This document shows, piece by piece, positions 33,831 through 48,494 of a stretch of DNA of 64,000 nt (positions are counted from its first letter, which is position 1; each line of letters starts with the position of its first letter). A model generated the notes under the pieces. The model saw only the letters and a list, made by a program, of their open reading frames with translations. It was not told the origin of the DNA and did not search any database. Source of the stretch: Octopus bimaculoides (taxonomy: Eukaryota); the NCBI RefSeq assembly GCF_001194135.2, contig NC_068997.1, forward strand, positions 49,897,796 through 49,961,795, given 5' to 3'. The position numbers and the translations under genes were made by a program.

Positions 33831-34907
33831 AAACCCAGATGTTTCAGGTGTGCCAGGTAAGATGTGGTATGTTAATAAATAGTTTAGAAGAGCAGAGGAT
33901 ATCATAGTAGCAGTGGACTAAGTAAAATGAGTGGACAGTCCTTTTTTACAGGTGCCAGTACCATGTAAAATGCACTTGTGCTGGTGCTGCATAAAAATGC
34001 ACTCATGCTGGTGCAGCATGAAAAACACTGGTGACGGTGCTGTATAAATGCAGTCATACAAGTGGTGTGTAAATGCACCAATGCCAGTGGTATGTAAGAA
34101 GCACCCAGCTGGTATTAGAAAGGGCATCAAACTGTAGAAACTCTGCCAGATCAGATTGGAGCGTGGTGCAGCCATCTGGTTCACCAGTCCTCAGTCAAAT
34201 CGTTCAACCCATGCTAGCATGGAAAGCAGACATTAAATGATGATGATGATGATGTTCTTATCAAACCATCCAGCCCATGCCACCATGGAATAATGGACGT
34301 TAAAGGATCGTGATGATATGGGAGTGGGAGACTTCCATCGGTCATCAATGACCATGGGATTGCACCTAGAAAGCTACCCTCCGAGGCACAAGTCCGGGCA
34401 AGGAAATTTATGGAAGACCAGCAGTCGCCTATGCATACCGGCCTCCCCTCTTCCTGCCATCAGTGTTATCCAAGGGAAAGGCAAAGGCCGATACAGTTAT
34501 TAGACTGTGGCCATGCTGGGGTACCACCTTGAAGAATTTTTGTCAAATGTATCGACCCCAGTATTATTTTTTTAAAGCCTGTTACTTATTCTATGAGACC
34601 CTTTTTGCAGAACCACTAAGTTTTAGGAATGTAAAAACACCCATGCTGGCTGTCAGGCTGTGGTGGGACACAAATACACACACACACACACAACTACAAG
34701 TGTCTTTTATAAGATTTGAAAATAAATTCTGATCAGATTATAATCATATTTAATGCAAGAATGGAATTAACAGAAAGGAAATTTATCACTTTTTCGGTGG
34801 GTGGATGACGCTTACCTAGCATATCTTTGATAAATGACATTGATATACATTGTCATACCTATACACATGTGTGTGTGTGTGTGTAAATAGATAGATAGAT
34901 GTGTGTA

Positions 34908-34976
<69 letters not shown>

Positions 34977-34979
34977 ATA

Positions 34980-35021
<42 letters not shown>

Positions 35022-35110
35022 CATTATATATGTATATGGATATATGTGTGTGTATATCTATGTATTTGTATATATATATATAAATATTTGTCTCCATCTG
35101 TGTGTGTGTG

Positions 35111-35143
<33 letters not shown>

Positions 35144-38100
35144 TTATGTATATGTGCAGATATATAAATATACACACATACATACATATGCAAATATATA
35201 TACTTACATATAAATACATGGATATCAATGCACATCAGCACATGTTGATGGAGTCTTACAGGAAGGGAACAGCAGCAAACACAAAGACATTGAAGCGTGA
35301 AACTGAGAGCTTCGTTCTCATTGGTGGACACACACGCAATGGTTAAGATAGATGTGTGTGTGTGTATGTGTTTAAATACTTGCATGATGTTGCTTTGATA
35401 TCATGCACATTCTAAAGTCCCAATGCACGAAATGGGGGATTAAGGTGGATTAGCTTAGGGTCTGTGTATAGAAATGAAGGAAAATATCTGTGCTGAGTCT
35501 GAGAGGGAGGGAAAATAAAATGGGTAGAGATTCTACAAAAGAAAAGGAAAAATATAAGGAATATTAAGGTCTTGTCTGGAATAGAAACATATCTGGGGAG
35601 AAGAAAGAAACTGCTGTTTAATTCTTGCATTTTTTGTTACTATATTTCTGTTGAAATGCACTGATTATGTCTCAATTAATTTTGAAAAAATGAAGAATTT
35701 AGTAAAATAGTTTTGTTGTTGTTAATCTTAACCATTTTGTTACTTTATTTCTGTTGAAACACTGTTTTTTTTTATTTCAAGTCATTTTGAAAAAATATTG
35801 AAGAATTTAATAAAAATGTCATTAATAAGATGGTGTTTGGAAGATAAATTCACAAGAAAGGCTTCTTTCAGTTTCCATCATCCATCAAATCCACTCACAA
35901 GGCATTGGTTGACCCAGGACCATAACAGAATACTCTCGCCTGAGATGGCACACTGTGGGACTGAACTCAAAAGCCATCTGTTTGCAAAGCGAGCTTCTTA
36001 ACTACACAGCCAAGGAACAGGCTGTCCATAAGTTTCCTTTACAATTTCAAACGCTCGGAAAGAGAATAAAAAAGGGTCACTCACCAGGTTGCCTGCAACC
36101 AATGGGGCCCATGTGGAAGTGTTCTGATGTTTCTAATAAAAACTATTTTTATTTGCTTTAATAATTAGACTGCGGCCATGCTGGGGCATCGCCTTGAAGA
36201 ATTTTAGTTGAACAAATCAACTGCAGTACTTTTTCTTATAAGCTTGGTACTTATTTTATCGGGCTCTTTTTGCTGAACTGCTAAGTTACGGGGGCATAAA
36301 CATATCAGCATCGATTGTCAAGCAGTGGTGGGAAACAAAGACACGCAGGCACACACACACATACACACGCACACCTGCTCACCACAAAAAAACTGATATC
36401 CTGAAACCAAAATCACTGGTGATGGTGCCACAGAAAAAGCACCCAGCACACTCTTGGAGTGATTGGCATTAGGAAGAGTACCCAGCTGTCGAAACCAAGC
36501 CAAAACAAGACAGTGAAACCTGGTGCGGCCCCTTAGCCTTACCAGCTCTTCCCAAGCCGTCTAACTCATGCCAGCTTTAAAAACAGACGGCAAATGATGA
36601 TGATGATGATGATATATATAATGGTCTTCTTTCAGTTTTTGTCTATCAGATCCACTCACAAGGTTTTGGTAAACCTAAGGCTATAGTAAAAGACACCCAA
36701 GGCGGCACGCAGTGGGACTGAACCCGGAACCATGCAGTTGGGAAGCAAGCTTCTTACCACACGGTTTTCCAATAAACTCTGCTGAATTACCCTTATTTTC
36801 AATTTTTTCTGCATTTTATTTTTCAGATTGTAAAGGGAATTTATAGACACCGTGTGTATTGGTGTTTCATGGGAAACCGATCTCATATTTGTTGAAAACA
36901 GCATATTTTGTTGAAAAAAATATTTAGTCAAAGGCAGTTGTGTGGCCCTTCAAGTTTTGTTGTTGTTGATGGGTAACACCTTGGAAGGAAGTGTGAAATC
37001 TAATTGTCTTTGGGAGAAGTAACTGGAAATTCTTGGAGAGGGAACTTAACTGTGAAGAATTACTCAGCGTTATCAATGTTTTTCGTGTTGTTGAATTGAA
37101 AAACGATGTGTGTGTGTTGAGAGAAATGAAGGATTAGATGTGTGTGCTTGTGTGTGTGTGTGTAGAGAGAGAGAGAAAAATGAGATGTGTGCTTCTGTGT
37201 GTATATGTGTGTAGAGAGAGAAATGAGATGTATGTGCAAATTGAAGTAAATCATTGTGTTTGTGTGTGTGTGTGTGTGGAGAGAGAGAGAGAGAGAGAGA
37301 AATGAGATGTGTGTGTATGTGCAAATTGAAGTAAATGACTGCGTGTGTATGTGTGTGCTTTTATGTAGATGTGCATGTTTAGAGATATACGTGTTTGCGT
37401 GTCGATGGAAATGATTTGAGCGTGTATATGTGCGTGGATTGAAGGAAAAGATTTGCTGTGTGTGTGTCTGTGTAGACATGCATGTCTGTTTATAGGTGTA
37501 CCTGTTTGTATGCGTATGAGTGTAAGTGTGTGACAGACAGAAAGAGAGAGGAGGGGAGAGAGGGCACGTGAACGCGTTCGTGCAATGAATCTATGAAGCC
37601 AGTTAGTCGTACATCTAATTATGAAGCTTCAACCAGCTACAACGTCACTGTGGTCTGTATGTCGTATCCAGCTTCGTTTGCACTCTATCAACCTTCTTAT
37701 ATAAGTTATAATTGTCACTTACCTTTTAGCCATCGTCATCTTCGTCAACACAGCGAAGCAGAAAAAGCCAAGACAATCCCCCAGACGTTAATTAATCAGC
37801 AAAACCATTCCAAGTTTTGTTTCCAAAGTATTTTTTTTTTGTTCTTTTCTTTACCATTCTCTTCGAGATTTGCTGAAAATATTTCTTGGTGACACATATA
37901 ACAGCTTTAATAAAGAATCCACACATTCTAGCTAATCAGAAAGTACCTTTTGCTTTCGCTGCTGTCTTTTATTTTCCCTTATAAATAATGTATGAATGTA
38001 TGTGTGTGTGTTTCTATATTTTTCTTTTTCTTCTTTTTCATTCTTTCTTGTATGTTTATTCTTATGTCTCTCGAGTTCGCTTTTATTTTTTGTTTTGTTT

Positions 38101-38639
38101 TTAACTCAAAATGAATGTAATATACGTGAAACGCAAAAAAAAAACAAAGCAAAACAGGTAGCAATAAATTTTGAAGCAGATATGTCGTGGGTTGGATAGT
38201 CATTAAAGGAACAACACACGTTGGATCTCCCTTGTGCCGTGCTAACTTACTGGATCGTAATTGAAGCAACGAATGTTAGATTCTCTAAAAAAAACAGATG
38301 TGTTCACAATATATTTGTGTCGTACAGCGCAAGATTAAACGAGAGCTACATTCATCATATACAACCCAATTGAGAACCGTCCATAGAATAAATGAGATTC
38401 TACATCCATGGTATATATATATATATATATATATATATTGGCATACCTCCGCAAGTGTACCCCTCCGATTGTGTTTCCTCATAACTATCAGAAAAATTGA
38501 TATTTTTTTGTGAAATTTTCTACATTTACGCTTCAGATAGTGTAGATACCAATTATATCGAAATTTTATGTGAAAAACTTGTCTGAAGGGTGGGGAAAGG
38601 AATTATAGGAAATTCACCCAAGTTGACTTCGTTTCCTCG

Positions 38640-39930
38640 TAACTTTCAGAATATTTGGTATTTTTTGATGAAGTTTTCTCCAAATACCTTCTCAATCTCT
38701 ACAGTATGTACTGGCTTTAGAGCCACTGCTGCGAAAATTGGAGACTTTGAGAGGCACCCTCGCGAACTACGACGTGGGAGAACCGTGTCGGTATACACTG
38801 ACGATGTCACCATCATAGTGTCGAACACTAGGGGCAGAGACCTGGTTGGCACTACTCTAAAAGGTGACGAAGCGGTGATAGGAACAAAAATTAACCTAGA
38901 AAAGTCAGTAGGCCTGCAGCTCGGCACCTGATGAGGCAGGTCCACGCCGTCCAATAACGTCGTGGGACGCTGGATGAAGGGACTGGTTAAATTGCTCGAG
39001 GTCTAGGTGGAAAAACTGAGACGAGGTAACAAGCAGGGTGACCAATCTCACCCAGAAATTGGCCGAGAGAAAGCTGAAAGGTCGAACAGAGGTGGCGAAC
39101 GCTTACATCGCCTCCGTTATATATTATCGTTCGACCGTCGTGCNNNNNNNNNNCGTTCCACTTGTCAGGCGCTTCATTTGCTCCCAACACCCGCTGAGTA
39201 ATTCTTCACAGTTAAGTTCCCTCTCCAAGAATTTCCAGTTACTTCTCCCAAAGACAATTAGATTTCACACTTCCTTCCAAGGTGTTACCCATCAACAACA
39301 ACAAAACTTGAAGGGCCACACAACTGCCTTTGACTAAATATTTTTTTCAACAAAATGGATGCTTAGGCGACATCTCCAGCTCTTCCTTGGGGGTGAGCAG
39401 GTGTGGACACCGTTTGTCGGACACGATTTTCCACAGTTTGCCTTTTTGACTGAGTTGCAGACTTGGATCAAGCGTAGACCGAGGAAGGACGCGTGGCACC
39501 TAGAGTGTCATCAGGTGCACACAATCCTCTGTCAGTCGGGCAATGCGATTGGTGGAAGTTCCGCTCTAGTGTTCTATAGAACGTTAGTGGAGGATAAGTG
39601 CGATGACGTTCTCGGGGAGATTTGGGTGTCGACGAGAATCAAGTGGTTTGTCTGTTCCGGAGGACTTTCGTGCCGGGGCCTATGGATAATTTCCAGAAAT
39701 TATTATTATTATAATTTCACTGGAAAAAGATATAAGTATCTGCAAAGGGAAATCTTTCGCATCGAAGGTCGGCGATTGTCGTACGCTGAGGTCAGGTAAA
39801 TACCTAGAAACTCGAGTCCGTGCGTATCGCAGATCAAGATGGCAAGGATGACTTCCCTTTGCAAATACAGACAGGACGCAGATGTGTGTCGATGGCCAGC
39901 TGGAGGAGATGTCCTCCTGGGGCTAAAAGC
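38640..39930 (+). mobile_element. Degenerate L1/Tx1-like LINE RT and C-terminal fragment
   Basis: SVYTDDVTII (YADD-like), KINLEKSVGLQLG, KGRTEVANAYIASVIYYR, broken by stops and gaps. A related C-terminal piece with ALPVRDKL...CPRC lies at 61183-61415(-). Confidence 0.7.
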
Positions 39931-40085
39931 AACAGTAACATCCACCCTTAGGGGTCNNNNNNNNNNCTGGGGCTAAAAGCAACAGTAACATCCACCCTTA
40001 GGGGTCAGCCACATTTAAGTGGCAAATATACTTCACCTTGTCGTGCAGTTAACTGTTAATACCTCGTTCAGAGATTTAACGTTGT

Positions 40086-40116
<31 letters not shown>

Positions 40117-40497
40117 ATAGTCCATTTTTATAACGTGCTTTCACTTCACTACCGAGCGCAGCTCTGTGCGCCTTGGGTATGTGATGTGGTTTGCTGTGGT
40201 GCTCTTATGGTTACTGTATTGAAAGTGTTTTGCGTAGGATGTGTGCAGTGCCCAGTAGTGCTATTTTCTGTATGTTATATATATTTGTTAATCCTGGTGT
40301 TTTTTGTTATGTATTTGTCTAAATATTCTTTTATCATATAGGAATTGTTTGTTTTTAGACTCCACTTTCGAGTTACCTCTATTTCCAGGTCTTTGTATTT
40401 TGAAAGTTTCTCCATTTCTTTTAGAGAAACGTTGTCATCTGTTGGTATTGATACATCAATTAGAAAGTATTTTTTTCTTCATGATCTCTAACAACTA
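40117..40497 (-). mobile_element. R4/Dong-like LINE 3' end (restriction-like endonuclease domain) in an (AAT)n tract
   Basis: Reverse complement of the 62820-63181 family (KEMEKLSKYKDLEIE...IQKIALLGTAHILRK); (AAT)n on both sides. Confidence 0.8.
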
Positions 40498-40554
<57 letters not shown>

Positions 40555-40779
40555 GTTCTTTCTATAGAATTTCATATATGTATTTTAGGTGGTTGAATAT
40601 GCGGTAGGTCAAAAGTATAGCTGGCCGGAGAGGTATAGTAGGAGGGATTTGTTAATCATTAAAGTGCATATAATTGGTCATATTTGTTGAACCGGATGGG
40701 AGTGGATTTGAGTCAATAAGCATAGGATTTTTAGTTGTTCTTACCACTGGGTTCTCACCCTCGAGGAATTTGGAGGAAG

Positions 40780-41720
40780 CAATGTGGTTGCGCCCAAAAT
40801 CATCAAAGCTTTTGATCGTATCTGGTACGTACGTGAATCTCAAAGTTACTCGCCTATGGGTTATATCCATTTATTGTCTTTTGGATTGGTGCCTTCTGGT
40901 AACACTGAATTATCAAGGCCTGCGTTGACGGAGCTCTATCTGACTCAGACTTTGGTGGGCCCCCAAGATTCAGTTTTGTCTCTCCCAATTTTTTTCAGAC
41001 ATCCATCAACGTCTTACTTGTCATCTTTAACAGCACCTCCTCTTACGTAGATTATATCACACTTCATTCCTCTCTACCCTTCCATACACAAATATTATAT
41101 AGATGGCACCTAGACACCTCACATCAAATTTATATTGACTCCATGAGCATAGACCTCGAAAACATCTCTACCAGTTGATTCATGTCAACATTGTCTAATT
41201 CAATAGCTAAAAACCCTTCAGAATTTCTGCCCCTGTCGTGAATATCCTTCTTTAAACACTATAAGTACTCAACTAGAGTCTTCGCAAATGCTTCAAATGT
41301 TATGTCTTACTAACGCCGAGGGTTTCGCTTGAGGAGCTCTTCTGAAGACCTCTACTTGCTGAACGTATCGAAAATTAGATCTCTTCGGAGCCAGAGAATA
41401 ATATCTCACCCCAACAACAACTGACTCTCAACAAAACTTAGAGGGGACCAACATTTGTAGTACTGATCTTACATCCGGGACGATGCAGCAGGTGCACACA
41501 CAGATACCACTTAAGTGATTGCCACGATGTACTTTTCATCTTTGGCCCATAGGTATACTTTTTTTCTTCTTTTTCTCGCTGCCTTTTCTTCCACTACTTC
41601 CACTACAATGGCATTTGCTCTTCGGAGCTTACTGGTCTCGAAACTTCTCACTCGTCTCGCTTTCTTTCATCACCCATTTTTTATGTCCACCAGGTTCTGC
41701 GCTAACTACAACGATAAGGC
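40780..41720 (+). mobile_element. Degenerate CR1/Jockey-group LINE RT remnant
   Basis: IKAFDRIW, GPQDSVL (G.PQGSVL-like) and FHYFHYNGICSSEL in broken frames. Confidence 0.55.
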
Positions 41721-42658
41721 TCTCTGAAATTTCTGTCCTGTACAGTTTTCGCTTCAGCTGTCTTTTAAGCGGAACGTTAGCGACATCAATTTCTCATGCC
41801 CTGGAGTTCTACGGCAAGTTAAAAAAACGTAAATCTGATGTCTCTAACTTCTCGAACTCTTCCAACTATTAAGTTATTATTATTCCACTTCTGTGAAACT
41901 GTTACAGTTATTTATTGTTGTTGTTGCTGTTGTGACTGTTGTTGTTATTGTTGCTGCTGCTGTCGTTACCTCACCTCCAACTCAATTCTGATCGAGTAAA
42001 GATCCTATGATCAAAAGAATTCTAGCCTTTTACACTTAATATATCTTATGTGTCCTTTATTTTGTTAAAGAGAGTAGTGAGTGATATAGGGGCTATTTAG
42101 CTGCTACATCTAATATTTCAAGCACAGTATATTAAAAAAAAATGTGTTCTTCATAGGATTCTTAGCAACTATTTTTAGCAGGTCGAGTAACCATTTAAGT
42201 GTTCTTAGCCGAATTATTCTTGATTGGAGAAGACCTACGATGAAAGACATTAAAATTTTCCAGCCGTGACGATCCCAATTTCTTAACTGACAGTGAACTG
42301 ACTACAACATCGAATGTAGCTTTCCATTTTAAAATTGACTGGATGAGATTTGAGGGATATTGTCCTGCTATTTCTTATAGTTCGAGCGACCACAGGGAGA
42401 CTCCATCATTGGCTCATCTCTGACGTCATTATCCTTACTCCTTACAAAACTCATAACCTCTTGTGTCACACATTCCTCTCCTATGAGCACCGTTAACATG
42501 CAAAATATGAAACATTTACCATCCTGAACTGCTTGGACCATCAGTATAATCACTTACGACACACCAATTCTTCAAACACTTTTGAGTTCGTTAAATTCAA
42601 ATTAGGATGAAAGTAAACAAAGTTTGCTTTGGAAGCGTTGAGATGTATTGAACGATAT

Positions 42659-42854
42659 GGAAATAATTTTATTCTCAAGCGCAGGATAATGGTAATAATA
42701 CAGCACGAACAGGATAAACTACCCGTATTTTGCGGAAAAATGTGGCTAGTTTATCCTGTTCATGCCGACACATGTTTCTGTAAAACATGGGTAGTTTATC
42801 CTGTTCATGCTATATTATTAGCATTATCCTGCGTTTGAGAATAAAAATATTTCC
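42659..42854. mobile_element. MITE-like hairpin element
   Basis: Imperfect inverted arms of about 65 bp (GGAAATAATTTTATTCTCAAGCGCAGGATAATG...AACAGGATAAACTACCC and its reverse complement); no clear TSD. Confidence 0.75.
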
Positions 42855-42965
42855 TTGACTTATGAGTTCATCTCCAAAGACAATCATATGTCACTTTACA
42901 AATCCGTTACAGAACATTTTCTCGATCCATTCTTCTCAGAGATACGATGCAATTCTCAGAAATAC

Positions 42966-43023
<58 letters not shown>

Positions 43024-44262
43024 CTGGGGCACTGCTTTGAAGAACTTTTAGTCAAATGAATAGACTCAAGTACTTTTTTTTTTTGAAGTATGGTACTTAC
43101 TCTATCGGTCCCTTTTGCTGAACCGCTAATGTTACGGGACGTAAACACACCAATACCGGTTATCCAGAGGTGGTGGGAGACAAAAACAGACAGACACACA
43201 TGCACACAAACACACATATACGACGGGCTTCTTTCAGTTTCCGTCTACCAAATCTACTCACGAGGCTTTAGTCGACCCGAGGCTATAGTAGAAGACACTT
43301 GCCCAAGGTGCCACGCAGTGGGACTGAACCCGGAACCATGTGGTTGGGAAGCAATCTTCTTACCATACAGCCATGCTTGTGCTTCTCTCTCTCTCTCTCT
43401 CTCAATTTATATTTCCCTTAAAGGCTTTACAGAAGTTTAAGATGAAAAATCAACTTCATCGACTCCAGCCGACTGAGTGGTCTTGCAAAGGCTATGTGCG
43501 TTATCTCCCTTCATTGTATAATGTGATAGGAAAAGTTATAAAGCGTACTGCATATCCATTTAAATAAACTAAGAGATGACGTTTTGATGGCATATTGATA
43601 ACGATTCGATGACGTATGGATGACATACTAATAACATATTTATGATGTATGGTCGATGTGCTGATGACGTACTGATGACGTATTGATGATGTACACATGA
43701 CATTCTGACAGTGTAAGCGAAAAAATCTCAATTAACTGAAATTTCTCTCTTAATTAGAGGAATTATTTAGCGATAATCGTTGAGACTCTCAAAACAAGGC
43801 GATAACTTCTAAAAATTGAAAATTAATTCGACTAAATCAATTTACTTATTTTATCTTTATTTTCGAGCAAGGGGGAAAACTATGAACATGTTTCGACTTT
43901 ATTGGACATTATCAGCTTAGTATGGTTTTGATCGGTTCGCAACAATTGTTTTACAAGGAAAGGAGATAACGTTGATTTTTATGCCAGGATGATTTACGAA
44001 ATTAAAAGTAGTAAAACAAAGTTAAGAACTATTTCTCTATATGGCAGCTTGAGGTGCTAGAAATAACACCAAAGATCTTCCGTAAATCACAACCAATAAT
44101 CAAGAAAATATATGAAAGAATAAATGAAGCATCTATTGAATAATGTAATCCTAGATACACGAAGTCTGAACCTAATGAATTTATGGTCACAATTGGAACG
44201 CCTTTGACCTGCTCGGTCAACACTAACCAAGGGTTAACAATAGCTACCTTGTAATTCTAAAC

Positions 44263-44578
44263 TATAGGTTCTCAAAGTGGGCGCTACCGCCCCCCGATGG
44301 GCGTTGAGACGGTCCAGGTGAGCGGTAGTGGGGGAGTAGAGAAAAAGGAGGCGTTGGGAAGAAGGCAGTGATTGGGGGATGCTATGAATTTATTATAATA
44401 TTATCATAGTATTGTATACAAATTATATAATATTATATTAAATATCAGATGATTCGTAGTATATATAAATTAGTAAAATATAAAATACTTATTTATACAT
44501 AAAAATAGGGGTGGGGATGCTGTGGGTATTATGTGTCCATGAGAGGAGTGGCGGCCCCCAAAAGTCTGAGAAACTCTA
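44263..44578. mobile_element. hAT (Charlie-type) MITE
   Basis: TIRs TATAGGTTCTCAAA / TCTGAGAAACTCTA with an exact 8-bp TSD TTCTAAAC (44255-44262 and 44579-44586). Confidence 0.8.
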
Positions 44579-46497
44579 TTCTAAACTGATGAAACCCATA
44601 GCTGGAGTACGGTGTACGTGCGCGCGTATATGTGCACTTGTTACACACTGCGTAACCTAAGAAAACATTAAAAAGGTGGCAATACTTCAAGGTTTACACA
44701 AAGAAATAAATAATCGAAGAGGATGTTTCGGCTTTGAAGCAATTTTATTTTGCTTAACAAACACACACGGTGAAAGAAATAATGCGTCAGACACGAGGAA
44801 TCTATGGAAGAAGCATAAGGCAAGAAAACTTACATTTATTATAGATCTTAACTAGATGTTCCGAATTCATTAAACGAGCAAGACACCTACCTATATGTAT
44901 GTATGTATGTATGTATGTGTGTGTATATATATTTGTGTGTATCTGTATGTATGTATATATATATATATATATANNNNNNNNNNNNNNNNNNNNNNNNNNN
45001 NNNNNNNNNNNNNNNNNNNNNNNNNNNNNNNNNNNNNNNNNNNNNNNNNNNNNNNNNNNNNNNNNNNNNNNNNNNNNNNNNNNNNNNNNNNNNNNNNNNN
45101 NNNNNNNNNNNNNNNNNNNNNNNNNNNNNNNNNNNNNNNNNNNNNNNNNNNNNNNNNNNNNNNNNNNNNNNNNNNNNNNNNNNNNNNNNNNNNNNNNNNN
45201 NNNNNNNNNNNNNNNNNNNNNNNNNNNNNNNNNNNNNNNNNNNNNNNNNNNNNNNNNNNNNNNNNNNNNNNNNNNNNNNNNNNNNNNNNNNNNNNNNNNN
45301 NNNNNNNNNNNNNNNNNNNNNNNNNNNNNNNNNNNNNNNNNNNNNNNNNNNNNNNNNNNNNNNNNNNNNNNNNNNNNNNNNNNNNNNNNNNNNNNNNNNN
45401 NNNNNNNNNNNNNNNNNNNNNNNNNNNNNNNNNNNNNNNNNNNNNNNNNNNNNNNNNNNNNNNNNNNNNNNNNNNNNNNNNNNNNNNNNNNNNNNNNNNN
45501 NNNNNNNNNNNNNNNNNNNNNNNNNNNNNNNNNNNNNNNNNNNNNTGTATGTATGTATGTATGTGTGTGTATATATATTTGTGTGTATCTGTATGTATGT
45601 ATATAATTTATCAGTGTCTGATTAAACTCATTAGATAGGGAGAACAAATTAATTGCGACACCGCCATAATTATTTCAATTGCAATAACAATAATAATTTT
45701 TATCACTTTAATTAGCTTCTTCCTCTTCCTCCATTTCCTCTTAATGGTGACGGCTATGATGATGATGATGATGATGATGACAACGGCAGCGGCGATAACG
45801 CTGACGATGGCTATTATTGTTGTTGTTGTTGGTGTTGGTGTCGTTGTTATCGATATTTGCGTCGTCACCAGCAGCAGTGTTTCCCTAATCATTACACATC
45901 ATTAACTCGTCGCCAATGATTTCATCATCATCATCATCGTCGTCGTCGTCGTCGTCGTCGTCACCGTTATCATCGTCAGCATCATTATCATCATCATCAT
46001 CATCATCATCATCGTCATCAAAATCATCATCATCATCATCATCATGAACATCATCGTTATCATTGGCGTCTTTCATTTCGGATGGTCCCGTAAACGTTTC
46101 CGCAGAAAAAAAAAACCCCTCACTTCTGGTACAGGACCATCTTCCGTAACCATTCCATTTCATTCCATACCAGTCTGGACCGAATTTCGAGTCGAATAAT
46201 TTTCTTTTTCTTTTTTCTTTCTTTTTTTTTTTTTTTGGTCGATAGTGAAAAATAATTTCTATATTCGTTTTGCTTGCTTTAATTCATTTTATTTATATTC
46301 ATTTATCTTCTATTTTTTTTTTTTTTTNNNNNNNNNNNNNNNNNNNNNNNNNNNNNNNNNNAATATCATGGTTATCTGAAAATTTAAGACCTTTGTTTAT
46401 ATTGTTTATTTTATTTGTTGTTATAGTTAATTGTTGTTTTTGTTATTTGTTGTTTCGAAGATGATGATATAAAGTCTGGAAAAAAAAGAAAAAAAGA

Positions 46498-46546
<49 letters not shown>

Positions 46547-46548
<2 letters not shown>

Positions 46549-46938
46549 TGAGAAAGAAATTTAGAATTGAGAAAGAAAGCAAACGATGCTGGATCATAGA
46601 TATATCATGCCCAGCTGACAACAAGGTATGCGATAAGGAAGAAAGAAAAGTCGATAGATATGACAGGTTAGCTTGGGAGATTAAGCAGTTGTGGTAGTAG
46701 TAGCACCAATAATTGTCGGAGCCCTGGGAACAGTGAGTAAAAATCTTGAGAAGTACATGAAACAAATAGGGGCTGCAATAAGGGTGGAGCACTTGTAGAA
46801 AAGAGCACTACTTGGAACTACTCAAAATACTCTGGATGGTGCTCGAAAAATAAGGGGTGTCACCTTAGTTCACTGGTAGGGAACAGCTAGCACCGTAGTA
46901 CATCTCCAGCAACGTTAGAAGCTGTGCAAAGACAATGA
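46547..46938 (+). mobile_element. R4/Dong-like LINE 3' end (second family) in an (AAT)n tract
   Basis: IEKESKRCWIIDISCPADNKVCDKEERKVDRYDRLAWEIKQLW...PIIVGALGTV, a REL-type endonuclease; (AAT)n on both sides. Confidence 0.8.
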
Positions 46939-46982
46939 ATAATAATAATAATGATGATACATACACACATACATACATACAT

Positions 46983-47015
<33 letters not shown>

Positions 47016-47201
47016 TACATACATACATACATACATACATACATACATACATACATACATACACACACATGCAGACATACGTACATACATATAAAAATAC
47101 CCTGTTGATGTTGAAATTCTAATGAAGGAGACTTGGATCTAGATTAGAAACCATCTCTTTCTATATTGGCAAGAAATCTTGAAATAAAGCTAAATAATCA
47201 C

Positions 47202-47245
<44 letters not shown>

Positions 47246-47773
47246 TTATGAAAATGATTTTCTATAAAAGATGACAGTAATTTTAGGGTATCTCGACGCA
47301 AAATAAAGTCGGCCAACGGCGTTAACAATGGATAGTTGTGCGTACATATGTTGAAAGATATCCATAATAAATCGGATGATATGGCTCACACAAAGCCACA
47401 CTTGGATACACATAACGTCGTACGTGGCCATACGCAAAACTCACCAAAAAGACGAGACGCAATGCTTATATCATTGAGCTATGCTAAGATCACATATTTA
47501 TGAATCTGTGTGTGTTTGCGTCTCTGTATGCGTAAAAAAATATATATGTATGTGTATGTGTATGCATGTATACGTATGTATGTGTACGTATATTTATATG
47601 TGTCTGAATATATATACATATATGTATAGACATAAGCATATAAACCTTTTGTTATATTTTAAACGAAAGAGAAAGTCTCGTTTATAACTGATTATTATTT
47701 CGTCAGTGTGACAGACACGAACAACGGTAAAGATTTTGGTCATGTTTATAACAACAAACAACACATAATATTA

Positions 47774-47819
<46 letters not shown>

Positions 47820-48494
47820 CGACGATGATGAAATAATGTTGATAATGATGATAATAATATATCTAATAAATACGACCTATTGTTTATAATTTATTGATGT
47901 TTCCTACGTTTTCTCTCCACCGAGAAATCGAATAATATTCAGTCATTTTTCTTATGATATTGATTGAAGTGGTCAATTATTTCTTTGGTTTCATGCACTG
48001 GACTACGTCCGTGTTGAGGCTCCTCTTTCAGTGATCTTTTAATCTATATTACACTAGTGGTCCTGAAATTCACAAAAGGCAGCCCCCCACCCACAGCAAA
48101 TAGTGAATTTAGTTGTCCTCGCCTCATTTGTAAAAAAGAAAATAAGATGAAATAAAATTTTACATCCCTCTCATTGCTCGATCTTGGTAAGGTGCTGAAT
48201 AAAATTAAAATATTTAAAAACCATCTTTATTAAACTTTGTAATTCGTCCACTTACATTTCGATCTTCATAGGAGCCATACACGCAATGAGGAACCTAATC
48301 TTCCTGTATGAGAAACACAGGTCTTAATTATATCTCCCTCGGCCTGGTACTTCTTTCATCAAATATTATTTATCGAACAATTAGGTTTTATAAGAGTTAC
48401 GTCTTTGTTTTTATTAGGAATTCTGTATACTATACATGTATTATTTATTAATGCTTTTTCTATTTAATTTTACTCTGTGTTGTGTGATATTGTA

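Noticed and set aside
33272-33907. 211-aa Gly/Ser/Val-rich ORF and similar homopolymeric ORFs (13991, 15619, 26958, 34816, 45885, 55096, 56916)
   Set aside because: Translations of (GGT)n, (CAT)n, (CTT)n, (TA)n and (CA)n microsatellites; open in several frames with no splice or domain support.
39918-40007. Direct duplication flanking a 10-N gap (also 44895-44973 versus 45546-45600, and 58925-58977 versus 59615-59665)
   Set aside because: Identical sequence on both sides of gaps is most simply unmerged contig overlap, not a biological duplication or TSD.
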